Shown in pieces: positions 38,989 to 48,856 of a DNA stretch of 64,000 nucleotides. The stretch comes from Candidatus Aenigmatarchaeota archaeon (GTDB taxonomy: Archaea > Aenigmatarchaeota > Aenigmatarchaeia > Aenigmatarchaeales > JACQIB01). How positions within the stretch are numbered: the stretch's first letter is position 1; the number at the start of each line of letters is the position of its first letter. The notes under the pieces are model-generated. The model worked only from the letters and a program-made list of their open reading frames with translations. It made no database searches and was not told where the DNA came from. The DNA is taken from positions 1-64,000 of the forward strand of contig JAZDNN010000024.1 of assembly GCA_043799675.1 (NCBI GenBank), read 5' to 3'. A program made the position numbers and the translations under genes.

Positions 38989-39453
38989 CTATGTGAAGAG
39001 ACTAATGATATCAACGAGCTGGATCGCCCACCAGAAAAACAGTCCCGTATTTATCAACGCACCGATGCCGCAGACAGCCACGTCCCTTTTCGAAAAGACG
39101 TTGAGATTATTACTTGCCTTGGTAACGGCGCTGTAGCCCAGGATGGCACCCAGCCCCCAACATACGGGCGGGAAGATGAACAGGCCGATGATGGCAAGGA
39201 ACCATGCGGCAGATGATGTTCCCAGCACGCCATTTCTCATCGCGGGAGACGGCTTCTGCGGCGCATTAGTGGCAGCAGGAGCCGCCTGAGCCTGCGCCTT
39301 CGACGTCCCGAACACCTTGTCAGCGTCGCCCTTGCAATAAAGTTTGCCCCCGATCTCTACCGAGCATTTCTTGCAGATTCCTTCTCCGCATTCGCGGCAG
39401 ACGCCGACGGCATTGACCTTGGGATGCTTGTAACACTTCATGTTGCCACACAC
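38989..39453 (-). CDS. B-box-type zinc finger membrane protein
   Basis: CYKHP..AVGVCRECGEGICKKC...YC plus TM helices. Confidence 0.75.
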   Translation of the reverse strand: MCGNMKCYKHPKVNAVGVCRECGEGICKKCSVEIGGKLYCKGDADKVFGTSKAQAQAAPAATNAPQKPSPAMRNGVLGTSSAAWFLAIIGLFIFPPVCWGLGAILGYSAVTKASNNLNVFSKRDVAVCGIGALINTGLFFWWAIQLVDIISLFT

Positions 39454-39509
39454 TTAATGGCGAAAGCCCGCTTAAATATCTTATTTTACATTCACACCCG
39501 CAATAATCT

Positions 39510-40430
39510 TCACTTTTGTGCCGTAAGGTTCAGGCAGATTCCTTTCATGCCGTATTCCGTGCTCTTTATTTCGTTACAGAGAGCTGTGTCCCTGTTTTCG
39601 ATTGCGTACCATTGGATGCACAGGTCCTGCTGGATATCGATATTCTCCATGGCGCAGGAAATGTCGCATGTGATTTTCCGGCATTGCGTCCAATCCCTGG
39701 TCGCCTTGGCCTTGCAAAAGCCCTTGGTCTTCGGCATGCCGGTAAGGTCGCATACGGAAACATCCCCCGTGGCGAGCGCATAGGCCCTGATGCAATCCTC
39801 CTCGCCAAACGTGGTCGAGTTGAACAGTTGGTATACCAGATTGCAGGCGCCTGGGTTCCTGAATTCGGCTGCAATCTTTGCCACGCATCCGGCAATCTTG
39901 CCTTCGCGCGACCATCCGTTCACATCAACAACCGGCTCGGCCATCAGGCGGCTGCAATTGCTCCTGACCGCCTGCTCGAGCTTTGCCTTCTCCAACATCG
40001 TGTCGAGTATGGAAATGCTGGTCCTCGCAACCACGGTCCCGCTGCCGCCCCTTATTGTAAGAAGCTCGACCGTGTATTTTCCCGGCCCAAGGTCGCGATA
40101 ATATTTGTTTGCTTCCACCCAATCGACCGCCTTTGCAGTGAACGTTTCATACACCGGCATGGTCACAAATCCGTTCGCATCGATGACCCTGAACCCGTAG
40201 GTTGTCCCTTCAGGAAGCCCTTTTTGCTGGAGAAAGAACCATTCGCCCGTTCCGAGGGATGTCACCGCATTATGGTCGTTGTTCAGGACGAACACCCCGA
40301 CGCCGGGTGAGATGCCATCGGAAACGGTCAGGTTCAATCCCGGCGGTAGCGTGGCGGGTATCATGCCGTTGAGGATGAACAACGCCAGAGGTATGAAAAC
40401 AACGCACAGAAGCAGATACTTCTTTTTCAC
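39510..40430 (-). CDS. Membrane-anchored protein with Cys-rich C-terminal repeats
   Basis: N-terminal TM; repeated C...A....D...C. Confidence 0.65.
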   Translation of the reverse strand: MKKKYLLLCVVFIPLALFILNGMIPATLPPGLNLTVSDGISPGVGVFVLNNDHNAVTSLGTGEWFFLQQKGLPEGTTYGFRVIDANGFVTMPVYETFTAKAVDWVEANKYYRDLGPGKYTVELLTIRGGSGTVVARTSISILDTMLEKAKLEQAVRSNCSRLMAEPVVDVNGWSREGKIAGCVAKIAAEFRNPGACNLVYQLFNSTTFGEEDCIRAYALATGDVSVCDLTGMPKTKGFCKAKATRDWTQCRKITCDISCAMENIDIQQDLCIQWYAIENRDTALCNEIKSTEYGMKGICLNLTAQK

Positions 40431-40539
40431 ATGCCTGATTTACAGATGCCGGCTTAAAAATGCGGCCACCGCTAAAGCGTGTGATAAAGCAGGACCGATG
40501 TAAAAGCCATTTAAAAGGATAGCTGCCATATTTGGTTCG

Positions 40540-42021
40540 ATGAGCAGACCAAAAAAGAAAACGGTGAAAAAGCAGAAAACGATGCTCCCCAACGTGCCGG
40601 CCGAGCTGGCGGAAAAGGCGAACATAGGATTCAGTGATATGGGCAGCGAAGCTGCCAAGGACGGCATTGCCGCCAAGGGCGGACATGCCATGAAGGGCAA
40701 GCAGCCGGTCGGGCAGAAGCTCAGGAAGTTCTCGCTGGAGACGAGGCTGAAAAGCTCGAACGAGTTCACGGACAAGGTCGTCAAGACGTTCAAGGACTAC
40801 ATCAAATCCGTGGTGGTTTGGGGTTCAATAACGAGAGGGGACTTCACCGGCAAGAGCGACGTCGATTTGTACGTGATATTTGATGATACCAAAATGCCGC
40901 TGAAAAAGTTTGATGAACTGAGGGAGAAGATAGACAAGGACCTGTACAAGATGGCTTCCGATACCGACCCGAGGCTGCACGTACAGCCTGTGCTTGCCCT
41001 TACCGAGTTCTGGGACGGAATAAGAACCTGCCATCCCCTGTTCTACAACATCGTCAGGGAAGGGTATGCACTTCATGATACCGGATTCTTCATCCCGATG
41101 AGGAAACTGCTTGAGTGGGGCAAGTTCCCCGCGACCATGGAAGCGGCCGAAATCAGGATGGAAGGGGTGCCGAAGAGGATAAGCAGAGTCCAATCGGTCA
41201 AGCTGTACATGATTGCCGAGGACCTGTACTATGCAATCACCGATGCCGCGCAGAGCGTGCTGATGTACGTCGGGGTCGGGCCGCCGGCACCGAAGGTCCT
41301 GGCGAAGGAAGTGAGGAAGCACCTGGTCGAGACCAAGCTGCTGGAAGAGGAATGGGCGAAGCTGATTGAGGATGTCATGAGCTTCAGGAAGGCGGTGGAG
41401 CACAAGGAAATCAAGGAAATCACCGGGCAGGAGCTGGACAATTGGATAGCAAGGACGGACAAGTACGTCAAGAGGATGGGGGGGCTGCTGGACAACCTGG
41501 AGATCGAAAGAAAGGCATATGACATCAAGAAGAATTACGAGGTCATGATAAAGGCGAGCGTGGCGGCATTGAAGGCAATCAACAAGCTACCGCCTGAGCC
41601 GGAAAAGCTGCCCGCAGCGTTCAAGAAATACCTGATCGAACCCGGGCTGGTGGCTCCATGGTATTCGGAGGTTTTCGGAAAGGTCATCGAGATGCGGAAG
41701 ATGCTCGAGGACAAGAAGATGACGGACATCCCCGAAAGGGACGTCTACATGAGCAAGGAGTACGTGAGACGTTTCATCATGGACGTCAGGCGGGTGGTGG
41801 AGAGCAAACGACCCGAGCAAAAGCAGATGGAGATACCTTCAGAGCCGATTGACAAGATGTCCGAGGCCGGCGCAATGATCAACACGGCCAGGGAAATCGG
41901 CATGCAGCAGGAGGCGGTCGCGGGCATGAAACTTCCTTCTTCCGCCGACAGCAAGGTCAGGAAGATAGCGGAAAAGATTGAGAAAGGCAAGAAGGAAGCG
42001 CACAAGAAGCGCGGGGAGTGA
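40540..42021 (+). CDS. Minimal nucleotidyltransferase domain fused to HEPN-like helical domains
   Basis: VWGSITRGD..KSDVDLYVIFDD; YYAITDAAQSVLM. Confidence 0.75.
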   Translation: MSRPKKKTVKKQKTMLPNVPAELAEKANIGFSDMGSEAAKDGIAAKGGHAMKGKQPVGQKLRKFSLETRLKSSNEFTDKVVKTFKDYIKSVVVWGSITRGDFTGKSDVDLYVIFDDTKMPLKKFDELREKIDKDLYKMASDTDPRLHVQPVLALTEFWDGIRTCHPLFYNIVREGYALHDTGFFIPMRKLLEWGKFPATMEAAEIRMEGVPKRISRVQSVKLYMIAEDLYYAITDAAQSVLMYVGVGPPAPKVLAKEVRKHLVETKLLEEEWAKLIEDVMSFRKAVEHKEIKEITGQELDNWIARTDKYVKRMGGLLDNLEIERKAYDIKKNYEVMIKASVAALKAINKLPPEPEKLPAAFKKYLIEPGLVAPWYSEVFGKVIEMRKMLEDKKMTDIPERDVYMSKEYVRRFIMDVRRVVESKRPEQKQMEIPSEPIDKMSEAGAMINTAREIGMQQEAVAGMKLPSSADSKVRKIAEKIEKGKKEAHKKRGE

Positions 42022-42836
42022 ATCCGTTGCGCATCCTGGTGATGGGGGACTTCGAGGGAAGCGTCCCGAATGGTTTGAAGAACTTTGTTAAGAGAGAGAA
42101 AATAGACTGCATGATAAGCCCCGGGGATTTCTCGGACACGGCGGAAATAAAGAAAATCGAGTTCGGCAACTGGGGCAAGAGATGGGCCGGGATTGTCGGT
42201 AAGGAAAAGGCGGAGAAACTGATTGAAAAGTCGTTCAGGAACGGGATTGCAACGCTTAAGGTGCTTGATAATATCGGCATTCCGGTTTATTGCGTCTACG
42301 GGAACAATGACGTGTATAGAATCGGAAATAAAAAACACCCGTTAAGCAGGAAAGTTTCAAGCATGAAAAACGTCAGGATGATCGGAGGCAAAACGGTGAT
42401 GCTCGACGGCTTCACACTGGCCGCGCACGGCGGCTACAGGGGGTTCGGGCAGAAAAAAGACAGGTTTGAGAAAGTGGATGCGAAGACCGCAAGGAAAATC
42501 GAAGACATCAGGAAAAAATGGCGCATGCAACTGAGGAAACTGCTGGAAGGAAAGAGAAATGTCATGCTGCTCACGCACGACGTGCCGTACATGTGCAAGC
42601 TGGATATGATCCGGAACAAGAAATCGCCGCTGGACGGCAAGCACATCGGCGACGAGCTCATCCGGGAAGCCATACTCAGGTACAAACCTGTGATTCACTT
42701 GTGCGGGCACATGCACGAGAACCAGGGAACATGCAGGGTAGGGAAAACAACGATAATCAACGGCGGTTTTGGTCGGTTGGGGCAGGCTGCAATCCTGGAA
42801 CTGCCGGAAAAATCGGTAAAGTTCGTCAGTATCTGA
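42018..42836 (+). CDS. Metallophosphoesterase
   Basis: GDF, PGDF, GNND, THDVP, CGHMHE. Confidence 0.9.
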   Translation: MNPLRILVMGDFEGSVPNGLKNFVKREKIDCMISPGDFSDTAEIKKIEFGNWGKRWAGIVGKEKAEKLIEKSFRNGIATLKVLDNIGIPVYCVYGNNDVYRIGNKKHPLSRKVSSMKNVRMIGGKTVMLDGFTLAAHGGYRGFGQKKDRFEKVDAKTARKIEDIRKKWRMQLRKLLEGKRNVMLLTHDVPYMCKLDMIRNKKSPLDGKHIGDELIREAILRYKPVIHLCGHMHENQGTCRVGKTTIINGGFGRLGQAAILELPEKSVKFVSI

Positions 42837-43075
42837 ATTGCCTGTCAAAAGTTTTGGAAAAACCGCGCCAAGCTTTTATAACGATGTTATAAGAACCCGC
42901 CGATGATAGTAAAAATAGTTTTAAAAGGGGTTAAATGTGGCCGTGGGCCGATAATCTTATATGCTAATCGGTAGATTACTAAAGGATTAAGAAAAGCTGA
43001 TAAGACCAGAAGTGATCATATGCAAGTCAACAAAGTTGACCAAACAACAATTGGCTGCCAGAGGCAGCAGGTGCT

Positions 43076-43339
43076 ATGAGTATGGGAGACACAAAAGGCA
43101 TTATCGTCACCTACCACATCGCCTATACCAAGGAGGTGCTGGTGCGGGTGCCCGGAATCAACAGCCGCAGGGACGCGGCGAAGCTAGTGGGCAAAAGGGC
43201 GACATGGTCCGACCCTAAAGGGGAGAAATATACGGGCATGGTCAATGGATTGCACGGGACCGCAGGGACGGTGAAGGTCAAGTTCAAGAGCCCGCTTCCT
43301 CCGACAGCCTTGGCGAAGCCCATTGACATAGCGGGCTGA
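43076..43339 (+). CDS. rpl35ae: 50S ribosomal protein L35Ae
   Basis: AAKLVGK, LHGTAGTVKVKF..PLPP.A. Confidence 0.88.
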   Translation: MSMGDTKGIIVTYHIAYTKEVLVRVPGINSRRDAAKLVGKRATWSDPKGEKYTGMVNGLHGTAGTVKVKFKSPLPPTALAKPIDIAG

Positions 43340-43394
43340 CAAAAACACGCCCAATACGCCGAAGCTATTTATGTAAACGGCTTTATTCTTGTCC

Positions 43395-46085
43395 ATGAAA
43401 AACGGCATTGACAAAGGAAGGCTGTTTTTGTCTCTCATGGTTATAGCCGGAACGTTTCTGCTGACCGGCGTCGGGGGAGTCAGCGGTTATCTAGTCATGA
43501 CCGACACCATCCAGCCTGACAGCGGCGGGAAGGACGCCCATATGATATCGGGTTCCCCAAATTTCAATTACGGTGCGGATACAGGGATGGACATAAGAGG
43601 CGACGATAACAGGCGCGCCCTGATAGAGTTCAACCTTTCGAACGCATCGGCGTACACCAACATGATTTCCGCCACCATGAGGCTTTACGCGACCGCAAAG
43701 GGGTCCGCAGACCCGGTAGTGTACGTACACAGGGTGACCAATCCGTGGGTCGAAGGCAGCGGCACGGGTTCCAAAACGGGTGACGGCGTCACATGGAACA
43801 ACCGGTCCGGCTCGCAGGCATGGACTTCGTCGGGCGGCGACTACGATCAGAACATCATTACGAACACCACGGTAACGGGCACGAACGCGTGGTTCAGCTG
43901 GGACGTGACCGACCTGGTACGAGGCTGGGCAAACGGGACGTATTCCAACTACGGCCTGCTCATCAGGACGAACACCACCAGCAGCGCCACGACCACCTTT
44001 TCCACCAGCGACAACGCGAATTCGAGCAGGCGGCCCGTCCTTGAAATAAGGTATTTCATACCCCTCAATATCGGTTTTGTGAGCCCGACCCCCGACAGCG
44101 GGAGCACGGTGAACCAGACATGGGTGTATGTCAACGTGACCCTGTCCAACGGCAACGCCACTGCGGCAAAACTGGAGTTCAACGGGACAAACTACACGAT
44201 GAGCAACGCCTCCGCAACACCCGGCGTCAGGTGGTTCTACAACAAGACAAACATGGCCAACGGGAACTACACGTACAGGGTCTATGCCAATGACACCGAT
44301 AACAGGGTTTTCTATAATTCCTCGGTCAGGACCGTCACCGTCAATGTCTATACGGATTCCACACCGCCGCAATGGAGCAATGCAAACAGTTCAACACCGG
44401 CAACATATTCGACAACTTCATCATCGTTCAACGTCGCATGGACAGACAATGCAGGCATCTCCATTGCGCTGTTCGAATCGAACTACAGCGGAACGGCAAC
44501 GAATTACACCATGTCCGGCTCCGGCACCTACAGCTATAGCGCCGTATTGCCGGCCGGGACGTTCTACTGGAAGAGCTATGCGAACGATACCAGCGGTAAC
44601 CGGAACAGCACGGGCATTCGGTACTTCACAATAGGCAGGGCAGACAACCCCGTCAACCTTTACCTGAACGGAAACAGGAACAGCAATATTACGATCGCTT
44701 ACGGAACGCAATCCAACGCCACGGGAACTGCCCAAGCAGGAACCGCGACCATGTTCAGAAACGATGCTTCAATCGGCAACCCTGAAACGGCCATATTCGG
44801 TGTCAACGCTGCCGGACATGCATACAAGGTCAACGCCACCGGAAACGCCAACTACTCAGATAACACCACCGGCATCACATATTACCTGATTATCAGCAAG
44901 GCGGCCTCGGCAGCTTCGTTGACGTTTTCACCGGCCTCGCCGGTCTCATATGGCACCGCGACAACTGCAAGATGTTCTTCAACAAATCCGGAAGGTGCGG
45001 CCAGGCTTTACAGGGACGGCACGGATGTGACGACCGAGAACAATACCGCAATAATCCTTGGCGCAGGCACTTACGGGTATGTGTGCAACGCCAGTGCAAC
45101 GCAGAACTACACGGCTGCAAACAGCAACAGCAGCTACGTTGTGAACAAGGCGGCCACAACTACAGCCTTGTTAATAGACGGGACACAGGCCGACAAGACC
45201 GTGACCTACGGCACGCAAACCAACGTGACGGCAACGACGTCCACCGGATCGTTGACACTTTACAGGAACGGGCTGGTCGTATCCAATCCTGACATCACAA
45301 ACCTCGGGAACGGAACGTACAACTACACGGCATACAACTACGGAAATGCCAACTTTTCCGGCAGCTCGGTGACACGATGGGTGACCGTGGGCAGCATGAC
45401 CTCATCCGTCCTGCTCATGCTCGACGGGCAGCAGGCCGACCTGTCCGTGACCGCGGGGGATTCGGTCAACATAACCGCGGTTCTGGTCTCGCCTGCGGCA
45501 GGGAACCTGAACCTGGCCATGGACGGCACGACCATCGATTCCGGCCCGTCGCCGCTGCAGAACATCACACTCTTTGCTAATGCAGGCACGTTTTTCATCA
45601 ATGCGAGCTATGCGGGCAACGCCAACTATACCCCGGCCAACGCGGGCCTGTACGTGACGGTGCAGAACTCAAAAGCACCCTCCAAAAAAGCGCTAGTGGT
45701 CCAGGCGGGCCCGGACGCGTGCCTGAGATGCCCGCCCCTGACCGACTGGTCCGCATGCGCTGACGGGAAGCAGACAAGGACCGCCTATGATTGCGCCAGC
45801 ACCACCGCCTATCGCTGCATCCCGAGGACCGAGGAAAACGCCTGCACCAATCCTGCGCCCCCGATAGTCCAGGAAAACCGGCCGGCCCAGACCGCGCAAG
45901 GGGCAGCCGGAAATGCCAACAATCCGGCGGGCGGGACCGCCCCGCTGGCCGCAGTGACGGGCGCGGCAGGCGCCATGCCGGGCCTGGAACTGATTGCCGG
46001 CCTGGCAATCCTGGCCGGAGGCATAGGGCTGGTCTGGATGAGGCGTACACGGCATCCGCACAGACCGTCAAAAAGGCCCCGCTGA
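43395..46085 (+). CDS. Large surface glycoprotein: DNRLRE-like N-terminal domain, Ig-like repeats, TSP-like Cys motif, C-terminal TM
   Basis: Signal peptide, RALIEFNLS...WDVTDLVRGW..NYGLLI...RPVLEI, many NxS/T sequons. Confidence 0.85.
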   Translation: MKNGIDKGRLFLSLMVIAGTFLLTGVGGVSGYLVMTDTIQPDSGGKDAHMISGSPNFNYGADTGMDIRGDDNRRALIEFNLSNASAYTNMISATMRLYATAKGSADPVVYVHRVTNPWVEGSGTGSKTGDGVTWNNRSGSQAWTSSGGDYDQNIITNTTVTGTNAWFSWDVTDLVRGWANGTYSNYGLLIRTNTTSSATTTFSTSDNANSSRRPVLEIRYFIPLNIGFVSPTPDSGSTVNQTWVYVNVTLSNGNATAAKLEFNGTNYTMSNASATPGVRWFYNKTNMANGNYTYRVYANDTDNRVFYNSSVRTVTVNVYTDSTPPQWSNANSSTPATYSTTSSSFNVAWTDNAGISIALFESNYSGTATNYTMSGSGTYSYSAVLPAGTFYWKSYANDTSGNRNSTGIRYFTIGRADNPVNLYLNGNRNSNITIAYGTQSNATGTAQAGTATMFRNDASIGNPETAIFGVNAAGHAYKVNATGNANYSDNTTGITYYLIISKAASAASLTFSPASPVSYGTATTARCSSTNPEGAARLYRDGTDVTTENNTAIILGAGTYGYVCNASATQNYTAANSNSSYVVNKAATTTALLIDGTQADKTVTYGTQTNVTATTSTGSLTLYRNGLVVSNPDITNLGNGTYNYTAYNYGNANFSGSSVTRWVTVGSMTSSVLLMLDGQQADLSVTAGDSVNITAVLVSPAAGNLNLAMDGTTIDSGPSPLQNITLFANAGTFFINASYAGNANYTPANAGLYVTVQNSKAPSKKALVVQAGPDACLRCPPLTDWSACADGKQTRTAYDCASTTAYRCIPRTEENACTNPAPPIVQENRPAQTAQGAAGNANNPAGGTAPLAAVTGAAGAMPGLELIAGLAILAGGIGLVWMRRTRHPHRPSKRPR

Positions 46086-46129
46086 CATAACCGCCAACGG
46101 AAGAAGGCAACGCATTTTATAAGCCAGCT

Positions 46130-46852
46130 TTGTTAAAATTACATGTGGTAAAGAAAGCCGGAAAAACCGAGGAACGCCCGACACTTCAGCGGGTGACGAC
46201 AGGCATCACGGGGCTTGACAAGCTTCTGGAAGGCGGCCTGGTGAAAGGCAGCACCGTCCTGCTCGCCGGCGGACCCGGCACCGGAAAGACCATTTTCTGC
46301 GCCCAGTTCCTGATGGAGGGGCTGAAAAGGGGCGAAAAGTGCCTTTACATAACGCTTGAAGAAAGTCCCGAGGACATAATCGACGACTGCATGCGGTTCG
46401 GGTGGGACCTTTCCAAATACCTGGCCAACTGCCAGCTGAAAATCGAATTCAAGGACCCGCTGGAAATGGTCGACGTCAAAAGGGAGTTTCTGGACAACCT
46501 GTGCCGGCTGAAAATGGACAGGGTGGTCATAGACAGCACATCGGTGATGGGGCTCTACTTCAAGAACCCGTCCGACATCAGGAAGAACCTGTACCAGACC
46601 CTGCAGGCCATCAAACGGAGCGGCGCGACCACGGTAGTAACAGCGGAAGCGCCGGAAGAAGGGAAGACCATAACGCGATTTGGGGTGGAGGAATACGTGA
46701 CGGACGGCGTGATAACCATGCATTTTGTCGGATTCGGTGGCGCTTCCTACCACAGCCTCCAGATACGGAAGATGAGACGGACCGACCACGGCAAGGACAT
46801 CTACCCGATGTTCATCAACAGGAACGGTATCGAAATAAAGAAACTGGAATAA
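46130..46852 (+). CDS. KaiC/RAD55-like ATPase
   Basis: TGITGLD, GGPGTGKT, IDS, RKMR. Confidence 0.9.
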   Translation: MLKLHVVKKAGKTEERPTLQRVTTGITGLDKLLEGGLVKGSTVLLAGGPGTGKTIFCAQFLMEGLKRGEKCLYITLEESPEDIIDDCMRFGWDLSKYLANCQLKIEFKDPLEMVDVKREFLDNLCRLKMDRVVIDSTSVMGLYFKNPSDIRKNLYQTLQAIKRSGATTVVTAEAPEEGKTITRFGVEEYVTDGVITMHFVGFGGASYHSLQIRKMRRTDHGKDIYPMFINRNGIEIKKLE

Positions 46853-46854
46853 AA

Positions 46855-48228
46855 TTAGAACTTCTTGACTATACGAAGGCGCTTGGGGGTGCCGTTTACC
46901 ACAAGCATCTTCTGGAATTCGTCATGCGGGACGGGATGAACGTTAACGTTCAGTATTCCCGCTTCATACGCCTGGAACAGCTGCTCCGTACGCTGGTCCT
47001 TTGAGAGGCTATCCAGGATGGCATCGGTTATCCGCCCCTTGTCAAGCCCGCCATTGTCAATCAGTATGTCGAACTTGTGGGTCTTGCCTTCGGAATCCTT
47101 GCTCCAATGTATCTGCCAGTCGGGTATCAAATACTCCTGTCCGACCTCCTCGAACCTGCGCTCTATGTGATTCTCATAGGTCTTGGCCCCGCCTATGTTC
47201 AGCACCTTGTCTGTCCTCGATATCACGCGGGCGTTCGGCGCGGTTATGCCGCACGGGCATTCGGTATCAATGATCTCGATGACGTCCCCTATATCATAGT
47301 TGATGAGCGCAAAGGCCTCCCTGTTCGGGGTTGTGGCACGCAAGGGCCCGATGTCCCCTTTCTTGCATTCCCACAGCCACTTGGGTCCCTCGTCGGTCAT
47401 GAGCTGGTAGATGTTATCATCGAGAAACATGTGTGAACCTCGATGATGCTTGCATTCGACCGCCGGGGACGAAAGCTCGGCGGAGCCGTACATCTCGTAT
47501 GCCTCGACTCCGAACCTTCCGAACGCTTCCCTCTGCTTCCCGTTCATCGCCTCGCCTGCCATCACGGCCATCCTCAATTTCGGGAACACCTTCTTCAGCG
47601 GGGCGGGAATCTTTTCGGCCATCGTATCCAAGAAGCGTATGCCTATCGGGGGCACCCCGGTCAGCCCGACTATGCTGCCCGCGTTCTTCATCAGGCTGCC
47701 CATAAGCTCCTGGGGTCTTGCCATGATTCCCCTTGTCACCGGTATGCTGCCGAGACCGTACGCGTCGGACGTCCAGCCGGACATTATCTGGGAACAATGG
47801 GGTGGCTCCGCTCCGATGTTGATGACCACGTCGCCCTTTGAAAGCTCCGACATGAATGCATACCTTGACCCATAGGCCCCCAGCCTCCTGGTATCATACT
47901 CGCTGAACGGATAGAACTTCATCTTCCTGCTGCCGGTGGAACATAACCAACCGTCATTGGCCTGTTTCACCGGTCCGGATGGGATGAGAGGGTCGCGTTC
48001 CTTGAAGCCCGTGTAGAAATCCGGCGTAAGAACCGGAACCTCCTGAAGGACGGCGAGCTCGGCAGAATAGCTTTTCCCGCCCCAGAGAAGCCTGTAGACC
48101 TCGGATTTCTTCGCACGCTCCATGACTTCCGATTCGGCGAGCATCGTCTCCGCCTGCTCCCTGAACTTGGAGCGCGGCATGTACATCGCTTCTTTCACTT
48201 CATCCAAAGAGGGTATCGGTCTCATCAT
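46855..48228 (-). CDS. Phenylacetate-CoA ligase-like (ANL superfamily) protein
   Basis: MAGEA, EMYGSAE, LINYDIGD, CPCG, SRTD. Confidence 0.8.
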   Translation of the reverse strand: MMRPIPSLDEVKEAMYMPRSKFREQAETMLAESEVMERAKKSEVYRLLWGGKSYSAELAVLQEVPVLTPDFYTGFKERDPLIPSGPVKQANDGWLCSTGSRKMKFYPFSEYDTRRLGAYGSRYAFMSELSKGDVVINIGAEPPHCSQIMSGWTSDAYGLGSIPVTRGIMARPQELMGSLMKNAGSIVGLTGVPPIGIRFLDTMAEKIPAPLKKVFPKLRMAVMAGEAMNGKQREAFGRFGVEAYEMYGSAELSSPAVECKHHRGSHMFLDDNIYQLMTDEGPKWLWECKKGDIGPLRATTPNREAFALINYDIGDVIEIIDTECPCGITAPNARVISRTDKVLNIGGAKTYENHIERRFEEVGQEYLIPDWQIHWSKDSEGKTHKFDILIDNGGLDKGRITDAILDSLSKDQRTEQLFQAYEAGILNVNVHPVPHDEFQKMLVVNGTPKRLRIVKKF

Positions 48229-48230
48229 AA

Positions 48231-48764
48231 TCACTTCACTTTCAGCACGAACTCGCAGTAAGGCGCGCCCATCGCGAGGCACCTGGTCTCCTCGCACCCG
48301 AACTTCTTGCCCTTGAAGGCGCTCTCGAACACGCCGACCATGGTGCCGCAGAAGAACCAGTCGACGGGGAACCTGGTCTTCCCGTTCAGCTTCAGCACCT
48401 CGCGCGCCATGGTGGAATCCCTTATGTGCACCGTGGCTTCGCCGCTGAACGGGTCGTACTTGGTGACCTCCATCAGGCCGATGCCCATCATGTTGCTGCT
48501 GTCGGCCATCTGGTCGGAGAACTTCTGCTTGTCGACGCCGAAGTGCTCCATGGAGACCTTGCCTATGAGACGGCCGTGGTTCATGCCCGCTTCGTAGAAC
48601 ATGTCGAACGCTTTCTTGCCCTCCGTCTTGTAAATCTTCAGGAATATTTCCGCAAGGACGGGCGAGGAAACTATCACGGCACCGACGCCCATTATCTCTA
48701 TCTTGCCCTCATCGAAGCTGGCGAGGTTGGCGAAAATCATCTTGTTCATGAACTTGGAAAACAT
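48231..48764 (-). CDS. V4R (4-vinyl reductase) domain protein
   Basis: EETRCLAMGAPYCEF. Confidence 0.88.
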   Translation of the reverse strand: MFSKFMNKMIFANLASFDEGKIEIMGVGAVIVSSPVLAEIFLKIYKTEGKKAFDMFYEAGMNHGRLIGKVSMEHFGVDKQKFSDQMADSSNMMGIGLMEVTKYDPFSGEATVHIRDSTMAREVLKLNGKTRFPVDWFFCGTMVGVFESAFKGKKFGCEETRCLAMGAPYCEFVLKVK

Positions 48765-48856
48765 ACGATACCAGTCTTACGATACCTATTTTCACAAATA
48801 AAGGTTCCTCCCGACAAAAGTTAACGGGATTTATCCTTTGCGCCTGAAGTATCCGC